64,000 nucleotides of DNA. Origin: Oscillospiraceae bacterium (lineage in GTDB: Bacteria; Bacillota; Clostridia; Saccharofermentanales; Fastidiosipilaceae). Every line of letters starts with the position of its first letter. The stretch's first letter is position 1. The stretch covers positions 16,798-80,797 of the forward strand of contig JASBZA010000005.1 in assembly GCA_029983685.1 (NCBI GenBank). The letters are read 5' to 3'. Shown one piece after another: positions 46,772 to 56,972 of this stretch. The notes below the pieces were generated by a model that saw only the letters and a program-made list of their open reading frames with translations, had not been told where the DNA came from and made no database searches. The translations under genes were made by a program, and so were the position numbers.

Positions 46772-47231
46772 TCGCTTCTTCCAGCTTATGGGCCAAAGTG
46801 CCTAAGCCCGGCAATTTCAGAAAAATATAAGAATAGGCCATAAAGGCTTGTACAATTAAAATGATCAAAACGATTATTTGGAGGCTGAGACCCAAGAGGT
46901 CCAGCCTCTTGTTCCATATAAGACTTTGCATATAAAGATTTTGGCTCTGAAACCGGACAGCGCGACGAATTAAAAAGTCACCTGTGGTACTTAAGGCCAA
47001 ACGCAAAATGCTAAGAATCAGGAGCAGGAAAACATTCTGGCTTTGGTGGAGCCGCAAAAAATCAGAATCCTTCTCTCTATATAGAAAAATAAAGGCCAAA
47101 AGCCAGGCAAGATACGTTATACCCGGGATAAAAATCAGGATGGCCAAGGCGATGTTCATGAGGATGGCCGGATACTTGGCCGCCATATAGCCATGAGTAG
47201 CCTTATGGCGGGAAAACTTCTCCAACTTCAT
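46749..47231 (-). CDS. Small membrane protein (DUF4870-like)
   Basis: LYREKDSDFLRLHQSQNVFLLLI resembles the DUF4870 signature. It starts 3 nt after the thrC stop. Confidence 0.45.
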   Translation of the reverse strand: MKLEKFSRHKATHGYMAAKYPAILMNIALAILIFIPGITYLAWLLAFIFLYREKDSDFLRLHQSQNVFLLLILSILRLALSTTGDFLIRRAVRFQSQNLYMQSLIWNKRLDLLGLSLQIIVLIILIVQAFMAYSYIFLKLPGLGTLAHKLEEATRPGPLR

Positions 47232-47234
47232 CGC

Positions 47235-48767
47235 CTAAAATCCTATGTCCCTGCCGGTTAAGCGGTTAAGGCTTTGGATAAGCGATGCTTTGATATCTTC
47301 ACGTTTTAAAGCGGCTCCGGCATCCTCGCTATAAGCCAGGGCCCTTTCAATACTAGCGGAAAGCTCTATACCGGACTCGGTCTCCAGCTTGTCGATTAAT
47401 TCCTGAAGACTCAAGGACCGAACTTCCCTGGCCGGGAAAACCGCCTCTGCCACAGCTTCGGGGAACTTATAAATAGAAGCGGTTGAAACATAGACGACCT
47501 TGTTTAAATCTTCCTTTTTCTCTTTGCGCGTCAAGAGATCATAGGCGGCAAAGGCCACCGCCGTATGGGGATCGATCATATGGTCGGTCGTATCGTAGAC
47601 ACTTTTTATGGTAGAGGCGACCAGGCGATCATCGGCGTAGGCGCCTTGGAAAAGTGCTTTAAGTTCCCTTCTGGTTTCCGGATCTAACTGGTAGGTCCCT
47701 TTCTCTTGCAAGCTCTCCATCCAGGCACTTACTTTGGCCTTGTCATGGCCGGTCAGTTCAAACAAGAGTCTCTCGATATTAGATGAAACTAAAATATCCA
47801 TGGAAGGGCTGCTTGTCTTAAACAAGGACCTTTTGCGGTCGTACGTTCCCGTGCGGATAAAGTCGCTTAAAACCTTGTTCTTATTGGAAGCACAGTAAAG
47901 ATTTCCGATAGGTACACCCATCTGCTTGGCATACCAGGCAGCCATGATATTGCCAAAATTGCCGGACGGGACAACAATATCAAAAACTTCTTCTGCCTCT
48001 AATTTTTCTTGGCCTAAGAGGTCTAAATAAGCGGAAGTATAATAGACAATTTGCGGCAATAGCCTTCCCCAGTTCATGGAATTAGCGGAGCTGAGGCAAA
48101 TGCTTTTCTCGGCCAAAGTTTCTTCTAAAGCCTTATCCTGAAAAATGGTCTTAACCTGACGCTGAGCCAAGTCAAAGTCTCCGTCTACAGCATAGACAAA
48201 ACAATTGTCGCCTTGGGCGGACAGCATTTGCTTCTCTTGAATAGGGCTGACGCCTTTAGCCGGATAATAAACCACAATAGACATATCGTCCATGCCGCGG
48301 AAGGCTTCCATAGCGGCCTTGCCCGTATCCCCCGAAGTCGCGGCCACAATAGAATAGTGCCTCGTATCGCCCAAGTCTTCTCTGGACAGCTGCATCAGAT
48401 GCGGCAAGAGCTGAAGGGCCAGGTCCTTAAAGGCGGCACTGGGTCCGTGCCATAATTCCAGCATATAGGCGCTGTCATCATAGGTATTCAGTTGGACCAG
48501 CGGAGCCGGCGCGGGGTTAAAATTCTCCTCACCGTAAACCTTGGCCAGAATAGGTCTTAATCGGGCAGGACTAAAATCCAGGTAAAGAGACAAAATATAA
48601 AGGGCCCTTTCGGCATAAGAAGCCTCAATAAGGCCCCGCCATGTTTCCTTGCTTACCCGGGGAATACTTTCCGGTACAAAGAGGCCACCGTCGGGGGCCA
48701 GGCCCTGTAAAATCACTTGGGCAGAGCTGTAGGTGTTTGGGTCTTGGCGGGTACTGATGTAGCGCAT
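47235..48767 (-). CDS. thrC: Threonine synthase (long form)
   Basis: MRYISTR...GLAPDGGLFVP at the N-terminus, and the PLP lysine context SAAFKDLALQ. Confidence 0.9.
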   Translation of the reverse strand: MRYISTRQDPNTYSSAQVILQGLAPDGGLFVPESIPRVSKETWRGLIEASYAERALYILSLYLDFSPARLRPILAKVYGEENFNPAPAPLVQLNTYDDSAYMLELWHGPSAAFKDLALQLLPHLMQLSREDLGDTRHYSIVAATSGDTGKAAMEAFRGMDDMSIVVYYPAKGVSPIQEKQMLSAQGDNCFVYAVDGDFDLAQRQVKTIFQDKALEETLAEKSICLSSANSMNWGRLLPQIVYYTSAYLDLLGQEKLEAEEVFDIVVPSGNFGNIMAAWYAKQMGVPIGNLYCASNKNKVLSDFIRTGTYDRKRSLFKTSSPSMDILVSSNIERLLFELTGHDKAKVSAWMESLQEKGTYQLDPETRRELKALFQGAYADDRLVASTIKSVYDTTDHMIDPHTAVAFAAYDLLTRKEKKEDLNKVVYVSTASIYKFPEAVAEAVFPAREVRSLSLQELIDKLETESGIELSASIERALAYSEDAGAALKREDIKASLIQSLNRLTGRDIGF

Positions 48768-48768
48768 A

Positions 48769-50226
48769 TCAATCCTCCTTGTTTTGTCCGGATGCTAAGG
48801 CTCTCATTTTATCACGAAAGCGCTCGGCCTGATAAAAACTTCCCCAGGCCATAATAATAGCCTGATCAGCTTGAGCCAGATGCCATGCTTCTACCAAGGC
48901 TTCTTCATAATCCGGCACAATGTGAATCTCGGGGTAGTTCTCTTCGGACAAAAGGTCTACTTCAATCTCTTCAACAATCCCGGCCATGTCCTCGGGTTCC
49001 ATAGCACGCTTAATACCGGCCACACGGCTTAAAACCAGGTGGCTGACTCGGCCGCCTTTAAGCATGTTTTGAAACATGGTTTTGGCGTCCTTGTCTTTCA
49101 TCATGCAAACCAGGTGTACCTCCCTATGGCCGGGGCAAGACGCCGGTGGGAAAAGATAGTCCAAAGACTCTCTTAAAGCTCGGGTACCTTGAGGATTGTG
49201 GCCGCCGTCCAGGAAGGCAGAAGGATTAAGAGTAAGCCTTTCTAAGCGTCCGGGCCAATAACAATAGTAAAGGCCCTTTATAATGGCATCCTTTTCGATA
49301 TCCTTCTTGAAGGCCAAAACCGTTTCAATGGCCAATTGCGCATTATAAATTTCATAACGGGCCAAAAGCTTAGTCTGAAGTTTTTCCTCTTTAAGAGGTC
49401 CTGTTGAAAGCTCGAAGGTCTGCCCTTCTAAATCATGACTTAAAGGAATGACCTGATTTTTTCGGACCGGGCAAAAACGGATATCCAGATCTTCTGCCTT
49501 ATGGCGAAAGAGCGCTTCTACATCGGCTGCAGCCACGTGATCTTTTATAGCATCATATTGGTCATACAAGACCAGGCTCTGTGTGCCTTTTTTGAGGATC
49601 CCGGCCTTCTCTCCTGCGATTTCCACATAGGTATTGCCCAGCCTTTGTGTGTGGTCTAAACCGATAGCCGTAATTGTAGCTACCTCGGGTGGGTCTATGA
49701 CATTGGTTGCGTCCAGCCTTCCGCCCAAACCGGTCTCCAATACCAGAACATCACATTCATGTTCCCGATAGAATAAAAAGGCCATCAAGGTCAGCATTTC
49801 GAAGTGATTGGGGTGGTGTTCCTTATCGTAGCCCACACTTTCTATGCTCCGGCGGATGCGATTTAAGTAACGAGTAGTCTCTTCTTCATTGATATAACTT
49901 GCTTCAGGCCTAGTACGCCAGGTTTTGGCCTGATCATGACCGTCCAAGACACGTATCCTTTCACCGTACTCATAGACATAGGGTGAGGAATACAAACCGA
50001 CCTTATAGCCTGCTTCGGCCAAAATATAAGAGATGTAAGCACAAGTCGATCCCTTGCCGTTGGTTCCGGCAATATGAATAGTAGAAATACCCTTGTCGGG
50101 ATTTCCCAGAAGTTCTAACACTTCTCTTAACTTGTCTAAACCCAGACGGGAAGCAAAACGCTCCCTCTTATCCAGATAATACATGGACTCCTCAAAGGTC
50201 ATGTCCACATAGTCTTGTTTTGTCAT
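48769..50226 (-). CDS. folC: Folylpolyglutamate synthase / dihydrofolate synthase (Mur ligase family)
   Basis: P-loop IHIAGTNGKGST, LETGLGGRLDATNV and DGGHNP. Confidence 0.85.
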   Translation of the reverse strand: MTKQDYVDMTFEESMYYLDKRERFASRLGLDKLREVLELLGNPDKGISTIHIAGTNGKGSTCAYISYILAEAGYKVGLYSSPYVYEYGERIRVLDGHDQAKTWRTRPEASYINEEETTRYLNRIRRSIESVGYDKEHHPNHFEMLTLMAFLFYREHECDVLVLETGLGGRLDATNVIDPPEVATITAIGLDHTQRLGNTYVEIAGEKAGILKKGTQSLVLYDQYDAIKDHVAAADVEALFRHKAEDLDIRFCPVRKNQVIPLSHDLEGQTFELSTGPLKEEKLQTKLLARYEIYNAQLAIETVLAFKKDIEKDAIIKGLYYCYWPGRLERLTLNPSAFLDGGHNPQGTRALRESLDYLFPPASCPGHREVHLVCMMKDKDAKTMFQNMLKGGRVSHLVLSRVAGIKRAMEPEDMAGIVEEIEVDLLSEENYPEIHIVPDYEEALVEAWHLAQADQAIIMAWGSFYQAERFRDKMRALASGQNKED

Positions 50227-50235
50227 CTATAAATC

Positions 50236-51072
50236 CTACCGTTTTCTTTTATTTTCTTTCTTTCTAAATACCACAAATTTAGATAAAAAGTAATTTGCCA
50301 CTGTCACGCAAAATGCGCCCAAAGACCTGGACAAGTCTTCATCCCAATGAAGAACTTCAATCATAAGCCACATAAGAAGGACTTCAAAGAAAATCGACGA
50401 CCCGATCCTGGCCAAGACAAACTTCCCCAAATCCTGCCACAGATTTCCCTTGTCTTGGAAAACAAAAGCTCGGTTGGTAAAAAAAGCGAAAAGGACCGCA
50501 CAGACAAAGGAGATGAGGAAGGCCCAAATCCAGATACCAATAAAATAATTGGCCAGACTGAAACTTGCCACCGAGACCAAGTAGGTTAAAACACCGAAAA
50601 AGACATACGATAAAAGCTCATAGGATAGAAGGCACAAAAAGACATTACCGGCCAAAATCAAAAGTCCCAGTAAAGACCCGGCCGTCGCCTGGCTGATAAA
50701 GCCCCATCTTCTAACGCCATAGTAGACCAAGGCCAGGGTCCCGCCCCAGGATAAGATGAGTGAAAACAGTAGGCGTCTACCCTCTTCATAGTCCCATAAA
50801 TAAGATGGCCCTAGGCTCCCTAAAGGTCTTTTATAGCATATAAAATAGACCAGGCTCTCTATAGCCAGGGCAATAAGGCTGGCCCTAAGAAGAGCACGGT
50901 CACCTGTTCCGAGTCGCTTCAGGCTCAAATAGGCCAAATAATAAATGAGTGTTAAGGGCAAATAAAAACGCCGCAGCAAGTCTAGGATGGGCAGTTTTTG
51001 AGCCAAGGGAAACATGCCGGTTCGATCTCTCGTCCTTTGGTGGAAGAAGATTGTTTGCTTGTTTTTGTCCAT
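50236..51072 (-). CDS. Membrane protein with C-terminal GtrA-like domain
   Basis: The C-terminal half ...FFTNRAFVFQDKG...VTVANYFLSKFVVFRK matches the GtrA 4-TM domain. The N-terminal half adds about 4 more TM helices. Confidence 0.55.
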   Translation of the reverse strand: MDKNKQTIFFHQRTRDRTGMFPLAQKLPILDLLRRFYLPLTLIYYLAYLSLKRLGTGDRALLRASLIALAIESLVYFICYKRPLGSLGPSYLWDYEEGRRLLFSLILSWGGTLALVYYGVRRWGFISQATAGSLLGLLILAGNVFLCLLSYELLSYVFFGVLTYLVSVASFSLANYFIGIWIWAFLISFVCAVLFAFFTNRAFVFQDKGNLWQDLGKFVLARIGSSIFFEVLLMWLMIEVLHWDEDLSRSLGAFCVTVANYFLSKFVVFRKKENKRKR

Positions 51073-51073
51073 C

Positions 51074-52219
51074 TTAGTTCTCCTCAGCTTCTTTTAGTCC
51101 GCCCCAAGGCATGGGGTCTTCCGGCATATCCGGAAAAACAGGTATCTTAAAAACCAATGGCCTTTGTCTTCCGCCGGCCTCCAGTAAAATCCGGCTGAGC
51201 CTTATGGCCTCTTCTTCGGGTGCGGTCAGGGCCTGCATATACTGGTGCCAATATTCTCCGGACAAAAGATCATACTTTTGTAAATAAAGGCTGTCCTGGC
51301 CATAGGTCGAATAGTTGTTGCGGATATAGACCGCTCCGCCTTTTATAGCGCTTTCGGGAGAAGTCCAGGGCAAATGATAGGCTTCATAAGCCGGGTCGGT
51401 CTTCTCAATGAAGTCACCTCTGGCAAAGCGCGCCCCGTTCACTTGAGCACCATTCGGGACGGCCGGATCGGGATAAGCACCTATATTATAGAAATTGTAG
51501 TAGGCAGTCGAATCGTCTTCTAAAGGGACTTGTCCCCGACCCAAAGGGCTGATTCCACCCTCGGTCAGGCTTATTTCCTGGCGCATCCGGATGGCCAAAG
51601 ACTCGGCCAAATAGGACGCTTCTTTTCCCGCCTCGTAGACCGTGGGAGCAAATTCCAGTAGTTCCGGTATACCTCGGAAAACATCTTCTACGCCTTCCAG
51701 GCTACTAATTTGACTCCCCGAATCCAAAGTCAAAAATTGAAAAACGGTCCTTATATCTAAAAAGTTTCTGGGGTCCATATAATAGGCCACACCGTCTCGA
51801 GTGGCCGGAAACCAGTTGGCCCCGTCATAGACGGTGTCGTTTTTTACCATCCACTTATATGGAGCGTAAAATTCCGTGTCGTCATAGGCAACCAGGTTGT
51901 TCTCCTCGTTCTTGGTCTCCTCGTATAAAACCAAATCCCAGCTGTCTTGAAGCCAAAGTGGCTCAAAGGTCCAGGCCGGAGCAAGGACCTGTAAGCTACT
52001 TAATGCTTTTCTATAAGACGGAGGGAAATCCTCCATAGGGTCCTTTTTCAGAAAGGGTTCGGCTAAGGCTTCATTATAATAAGCCTCATAGGGAGCCCTT
52101 CTTTCGTAATCCCATATGCTCAGGCCCGCTATGGCCAAAATCACCATCAATACAATAATAAGGACCGGTAAAAAACCGATCCGGCTCTCCCCGGCCTCTT
52201 CGGCCCCCTGTTTTTTCAT
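51074..52219 (-). CDS. Membrane-anchored putative peptidoglycan hydrolase (LytD/GH73-like glucosaminidase)
   Basis: One TM helix. YMDPRNFLDIRTVFQFLTLD, YYNFYNIGAY and the later AIKGGAVYIRNNY...GQDSLYLQKY recall N-acetylglucosaminidase domains (from memory). Confidence 0.45.
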   Translation of the reverse strand: MKKQGAEEAGESRIGFLPVLIIVLMVILAIAGLSIWDYERRAPYEAYYNEALAEPFLKKDPMEDFPPSYRKALSSLQVLAPAWTFEPLWLQDSWDLVLYEETKNEENNLVAYDDTEFYAPYKWMVKNDTVYDGANWFPATRDGVAYYMDPRNFLDIRTVFQFLTLDSGSQISSLEGVEDVFRGIPELLEFAPTVYEAGKEASYLAESLAIRMRQEISLTEGGISPLGRGQVPLEDDSTAYYNFYNIGAYPDPAVPNGAQVNGARFARGDFIEKTDPAYEAYHLPWTSPESAIKGGAVYIRNNYSTYGQDSLYLQKYDLLSGEYWHQYMQALTAPEEEAIRLSRILLEAGGRQRPLVFKIPVFPDMPEDPMPWGGLKEAEEN

Positions 52220-52842
52220 TACTTGATAACCTTGTTCTCCCGAAGTTCATCCAAAGAAAGGCTAAAGGCCGGCATGAAGTCTCGGAGGAAAAGCTCGACT
52301 TCCGGCATAGCCAATTCCTCTAAACGTTTCATAGTGGCCTCTTGGGCTTCTTGAAACTCCTGATTTCCCTGCTTCAGCTCACTCATGCATTTGGCCAAAG
52401 CCGACAACTTATCCGCTGCCTTGACCAGCTTGAGCATTAATAAGACTTCATCCGAGTCGGCCTCGGGGTTTAATAAAGCTTCATAAGAGGGTCTTAGCTC
52501 TTGGGGTAAGGAGTTCAACAGGTCTTTTACCGCCAAGTCTTCAATCCTCTTATAAGCCTTGGTCAGGTCCTCTTCCTGATACTTAACCGGTGTCGGCAAG
52601 TCACCCGTAATAACCTCAGACAGGTCGTGATAAAGCGCCATGCCCAAGACCTTTTCCGCTGAAACCTGCGGTTTCAAATCCGGAAAGTAGGTCTGTCTAA
52701 TAAGAGCCAAGCCATGGGCAATAACCGCCACGAGAAAAGAATGCTCGGCCAGGTTTTCTTCCTGAGCATTGCGCATCAAGGACCAACGCTGGATATAACG
52801 GGTCCGGTCCGCCATAGCAAAAAAAGCATTTTCCTGTACCAT
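52219..52842 (-). CDS. HD-domain 5'-deoxynucleotidase (YfbR-like)
   Basis: RYIQRWSLMRNAQEENLAEHSFLVA...YHDLSEVITGDLPTPVKY. Confidence 0.8.
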   Translation of the reverse strand: MVQENAFFAMADRTRYIQRWSLMRNAQEENLAEHSFLVAVIAHGLALIRQTYFPDLKPQVSAEKVLGMALYHDLSEVITGDLPTPVKYQEEDLTKAYKRIEDLAVKDLLNSLPQELRPSYEALLNPEADSDEVLLMLKLVKAADKLSALAKCMSELKQGNQEFQEAQEATMKRLEELAMPEVELFLRDFMPAFSLSLDELRENKVIK

Positions 52843-52861
52843 CTAAAGTCTCTCTTTCTCC

Positions 52862-55336
52862 CTAGGCCGGCCCTAATTTTGCCATATTGGCTAACATCCT
52901 CTTATCCCCGGCCTTGTCAAAGTGGATAAGCAAAAGCGCGTCCCCTGCCACAGGTTCCACGGACTTAATGGTGCCCAGACCGTACTTAAAGTGACGGACT
53001 CGGTCGCCCTTGTGAAGCTGGTCGGCCTGTAAGGCTCCGGCTCCGGGCGTTTCAATCTTTACTTTAGGCTTAGACTCCGTGTGGTCCGGAATCGTTCTTC
53101 CACCGGTGCCGGATTGGAATCTCTGCCTGTCTTGCCTTAAATCTTTTAGTTGCTGGCCCGGTCTGTCATAAGTCGAGCGACTCCGGGAATCCGAGCCAAA
53201 GCCATAGTCATCTTCTCCGAACCTGGACCCAATCTCGTTATAGGTATGGTCAGGCAATTCTTCTAAGAAACGCGACGGAATATAACGTTCGGTCCGTCCG
53301 AATAAAAGCCTGGCCGAAGAGGTCGATAAATAAAGCTTTTTCCTGGCTCTGGTAATGGCAACATAGGCCAGGCGTCTTTCTTCTTCCAATTGAGAAGGAT
53401 CCGCAATCGAGCGATAGCCCGGAAAAATGCCTTCCTCCATACCCACCACAAAAACCTGGTTAAACTCCAAGCCTTTGGCCGAATGGATGGTCAAAAGACT
53501 CACATGCTTATCCTCTTCCTCCTCGTCTTCCTTGTCCAAATCCGACTGCAAAGCTGCCTGGTCCAAGAAGCGCAAGAGCGTATCGATAAGGGCTTCGGGA
53601 AGGTCGCCCCCGGCTAGACTCTCCGCACGGATATCGCGTTCGCCGGCCAGGTCTCCCAATTCGTCAACCGTAAAATCCCATTCTTCGGTTACATCACCGG
53701 ATTCTTGGAAGGTCACCGCTTCGGACAGGAGTTCTTTCATGTTCTCCAAACGACTGATGGCGTCTTCTTTGCCCTTGTCCTGTTGGTCGATAATATCTTG
53801 CATGAGGCCGGACTCGTCCTGCACATATTCGATGTATTCGGCCAAAGACATCTGGTCGCCCAAAAGGGTCTTCTGCATGCGGGCGATAAGGGCTACAAAT
53901 TCTCGTATTTTATTCTGAGTACGACTCAAAGAGGGATAGTCTTGGATATGGATACAAATATCCATAATAGATGTCCCTGCCATAGTCGCCAGCCTCTCCA
54001 ACTCATCTAAGGTCGCCTCACCGATACCCCGCCTGGGCGTCTGCACGGCCCGCCTGAAAGACACATTGTCTCTAGGACTTGTAATAAGGTAAAGATAGGC
54101 CATGGTATCTTTAATCTCTTTACGGTCAAAGAAGCGTAAGCCACCGTAAATCTTAAAGGGGATACCATTACGTTGTAAGGCAAACTCCAGATTTCTGGAC
54201 AGTGCATTAATCCTATATAAAATGGCAAAGTCATCGTAAGAAGCCTTTCCACCTCCGACCTGCCTTTTAATCTCGTTAGCGATAAAGAGGGCCTCCTCCT
54301 GCTCACTTGAGGCATTGAGGCGGATAATTTTCTCGCCCTCTCCCTGGTTGGTCCATAGCTTCTTGGCCTTACGACTCTGATTGTTGCCGATAACCCGGTT
54401 GGCTGCTTCCAAAATATTGCCGGTCGACCGGTAGTTTTGTTCTAACTTAATAATTTTGGCCCTCTTAAAATCTTTCTCGAAGTCCAAAATATTCTGTATG
54501 TCCGCCCCTCTGAAAGAGTAGATGGACTGGTCGTCATCGCCGACCACACAGAGATTGCCCTGCTCCAAAGATAAAAGTCGCACCAACTCATACTGAGCCT
54601 GGTTGGTATCCTGGTACTCGTCTACCATGATGTATTGGAAACGCGACTGATAGATTTGCAAGATTTCCTTGTTCTGCTTAAAAAGTAAAACGGCATAATA
54701 AAGCAAGTCGTCAAAATCCATGAGGTTATTTTGACGCAGCATATCCTGGTAGGCCTTATAAATTAAGGCTACCTTCTCTTTCCAATATTCACCTTGGGCC
54801 TGCACCTTGTACTCGTCCGGTCCGATTAAGCGGTTCTTAGCCGAAGAAATCTGGTTGTGGACACTTCTGGGATCGAAGGTCTTCTGATCTAAATCCAAAG
54901 ACTGAATAACACCCTTAATCGCGGCCTGCTGTGCCCCCGTATCGGCAATGGAGAAATTCCTGGTAAAGCCTAATTGATCGGCAAAGCGACGTAAAACACG
55001 AGCCATCATAGAGTGGAAAGTGCCGATCCACATGCCCTGGCTTTGGCCCTCGCCTAAGAGGTCCTCCACTCGGGTCTGCATCTCTCGGGCCGCCTTGTTG
55101 GTAAAGGTAATGGCCAAAATCCGTCTGGGTGATATGCCTCTGACCTGGACCAAATAAGCTATACGGTGGGTGATGACTCTGGTCTTCCCCGATCCTGCCC
55201 CGGCCAAAATCAACAAGGGCCCTTCATCATGGAGGACCGCCTCTCTTTGCGGAGGGTTTAATCCCTCCAGAAGGCGGTCCTCCCAATCATGTCCTATAGC
55301 TTGTGCGTCAGCGTAAAATGTAAATTCGTCCGACAT
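52862..55336 (-). CDS. pcrA: ATP-dependent DNA helicase PcrA (UvrD family)
   Basis: LILAGAGSGKTRV, VDEYQDTN, TIHSAKGLEF and VAITRARK motifs, plus a C-terminal Tudor-like tail GDRVRHFKYGLGTI. Confidence 0.92.
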   Translation of the reverse strand: MSDEFTFYADAQAIGHDWEDRLLEGLNPPQREAVLHDEGPLLILAGAGSGKTRVITHRIAYLVQVRGISPRRILAITFTNKAAREMQTRVEDLLGEGQSQGMWIGTFHSMMARVLRRFADQLGFTRNFSIADTGAQQAAIKGVIQSLDLDQKTFDPRSVHNQISSAKNRLIGPDEYKVQAQGEYWKEKVALIYKAYQDMLRQNNLMDFDDLLYYAVLLFKQNKEILQIYQSRFQYIMVDEYQDTNQAQYELVRLLSLEQGNLCVVGDDDQSIYSFRGADIQNILDFEKDFKRAKIIKLEQNYRSTGNILEAANRVIGNNQSRKAKKLWTNQGEGEKIIRLNASSEQEEALFIANEIKRQVGGGKASYDDFAILYRINALSRNLEFALQRNGIPFKIYGGLRFFDRKEIKDTMAYLYLITSPRDNVSFRRAVQTPRRGIGEATLDELERLATMAGTSIMDICIHIQDYPSLSRTQNKIREFVALIARMQKTLLGDQMSLAEYIEYVQDESGLMQDIIDQQDKGKEDAISRLENMKELLSEAVTFQESGDVTEEWDFTVDELGDLAGERDIRAESLAGGDLPEALIDTLLRFLDQAALQSDLDKEDEEEEDKHVSLLTIHSAKGLEFNQVFVVGMEEGIFPGYRSIADPSQLEEERRLAYVAITRARKKLYLSTSSARLLFGRTERYIPSRFLEELPDHTYNEIGSRFGEDDYGFGSDSRSRSTYDRPGQQLKDLRQDRQRFQSGTGGRTIPDHTESKPKVKIETPGAGALQADQLHKGDRVRHFKYGLGTIKSVEPVAGDALLLIHFDKAGDKRMLANMAKLGPA

Positions 55337-55337
55337 C

Positions 55338-55898
55338 CTAATAGTCCGGATCTAAGACGCCATAGTTGCCGTCGCGACGCTTGTAGACTAAGTTGACCTT
55401 ACCGGTCTCCCCGTCTAAGTACAGGAAAAAGTCATGGCCCATGAGTTCCATCTGCAAAGCAGCTTCTTCGTGATTCATGGGGCTTAAGGGGAAAGTCTTG
55501 AAGCGGAAAGTTGCGCCGTTCAAGTCGCCAGTTTCGGTTTGAGGCTCTAATTCGGCTTCCACATCTGCTTCTTCCTGGAAAAAATCTTCCAAGTAAGCGT
55601 AATCTTTCTTTCTCTTCTTTAACTTGGACTTCTGCTTTCTAATCTGGCCTTCCAAAGCCGCAATCGCAGAATCCAAGGCGGTTAAAATATCTTCGTCGGT
55701 CTTCTCTGCCCTAAGAATGTGTTTCTTCACATAGATGGTAATCTCGACCTTGCGTAAGTCCTGGCCATCTTTACTGCACTTGACTTGGCATGAGGCAGTC
55801 TCGTCGAAATACTTGTCAAACTTCTCCATCTTCCTCCGGATGCGTTTCTCCAACTGAGGACCTACTTTAAGTCCGACACCGAATATCTCAAGTTTCAT
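55338..55898 (-). CDS. hpf: Ribosome hibernation promoting factor (long HPF)
   Basis: N-terminal S30AE fold (MKLEIFGVGLKVGPQLEKRIRRKMEKFDKYF). The C-terminal dimerisation domain is ...MNHEEAALQMELMGHDFFLY. Confidence 0.9.
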   Translation of the reverse strand: MKLEIFGVGLKVGPQLEKRIRRKMEKFDKYFDETASCQVKCSKDGQDLRKVEITIYVKKHILRAEKTDEDILTALDSAIAALEGQIRKQKSKLKKRKKDYAYLEDFFQEEADVEAELEPQTETGDLNGATFRFKTFPLSPMNHEEAALQMELMGHDFFLYLDGETGKVNLVYKRRDGNYGVLDPDY

Positions 55899-55927
55899 AC
55901 CAGTACCTCCTTCATGGACTATATGTT

Positions 55928-55956
55928 TATTTTACCGAACCTTAATATGCCTTTCA
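55928..55956 (-). promoter_or_regulatory. Candidate promoter of the hpf-pcrA-...-thrC string
   Basis: Minus strand: TTGAAA (55956..55951), a 17-nt spacer, then TAAAAT (55933..55928). Confidence 0.4.
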
Positions 55957-55991
55957 ATCGTTCTTGACACGAGCCTAGTCGACAAGAGGAT

Positions 55992-56915
55992 TTACAGGCC
56001 GCTTCCGTCAAAAACCGGGATAAAGCTTTCTTTGGCCGTATCACCTTCCTGGATAAAGCCGTTCTCGATTCCGATATCTAAAGCATAGTCCACAATTCGG
56101 TCATAGACCTCGTCGCTGATTTTCCGGTTAAGTTCCGGGTAAGCCTCGAAATGCCCCATAGGGGTGTACTGGTTCATAATACTAATATAAATAGAGTCCT
56201 CGTACGTTTCATGGAGGTAGGCCAAAACCTTCTTAGAATCGTCTTCTCCTTCCGGCAAGACCAGGTGGCGGACGATTATCCCCTTCTTCATCAGCTCTTG
56301 CCCTGAAGCGTCCGTTTCGAAAACAGACTTCCCCACCTGTTTAAACATTTCTCTAATAGCACTTGAGGCGACCTCAAAATAATCCGGCGCATTAGAATAG
56401 CGCTTAGCTAAGTCCTCTGACACATACTTTAGATCCGGCAGGTAAATATCCACCAGTCCGTTCAGAAGACGTAAAGTCTCTACTTTTTCATAAGAGCCCG
56501 TATTGTACACGATAGGAATTGTCAGCCCCTTTGTCTTAGAAAGCTCCAATGCACATGCAATCTGTGGAACAAAGTGTGTTGGGGTCACCAGATTAATATT
56601 GTTGGCCCCTTTTTCTTCCAGTTCCAGAAAGACCTCCGCCAGACGCTCTGTTGAGAGGACTTTACCGGCCCTAGACTCCGCCAGACATCGGTTTTGACAA
56701 TAGACGCAGCGTAAGGGGCAGCCGCTGAAAAAGACGGTACCCGAGCCCTTGTCTCCGGAGATACAAGGCTCTTCCCAGAAGTGTAGCCCGGCCCGACCGG
56801 CTCTTAGTTCGGCTGTCTGACCGCAATAACCTCTTTGGCCTCCTAAACGGTTGACATGACAATTTCTCGGGCAAAGCTTACAGTCTTTCATATAGCTTCT
56901 ATAATCTACGGGCAT
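55992..56915 (-). CDS. Radical SAM protein (PflX-like activase family)
   Basis: CPLRCVYCQN cluster preceded by an N-terminal Cys-rich CKLCPRNCHVNR...GYCG. Confidence 0.8.
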   Translation of the reverse strand: MPVDYRSYMKDCKLCPRNCHVNRLGGQRGYCGQTAELRAGRAGLHFWEEPCISGDKGSGTVFFSGCPLRCVYCQNRCLAESRAGKVLSTERLAEVFLELEEKGANNINLVTPTHFVPQIACALELSKTKGLTIPIVYNTGSYEKVETLRLLNGLVDIYLPDLKYVSEDLAKRYSNAPDYFEVASSAIREMFKQVGKSVFETDASGQELMKKGIIVRHLVLPEGEDDSKKVLAYLHETYEDSIYISIMNQYTPMGHFEAYPELNRKISDEVYDRIVDYALDIGIENGFIQEGDTAKESFIPVFDGSGL

Positions 56916-56972
56916 GGGCCAAAATCCTTTCTTTCCGCGGCAATGAAGCCACCAGAAAGAATTTTAAAACAA

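Noticed and set aside
56916-56972. Possible hairpin (TTCTTTC...GAAAGAA) between the BceB-like and radical SAM genes, plus small ORFs at 56856..57100
   Set aside because: The stem is weak (7 bp with a 19-nt loop) and there is no clean U-tract. The ORFs overlap real gene ends and have no RBS.
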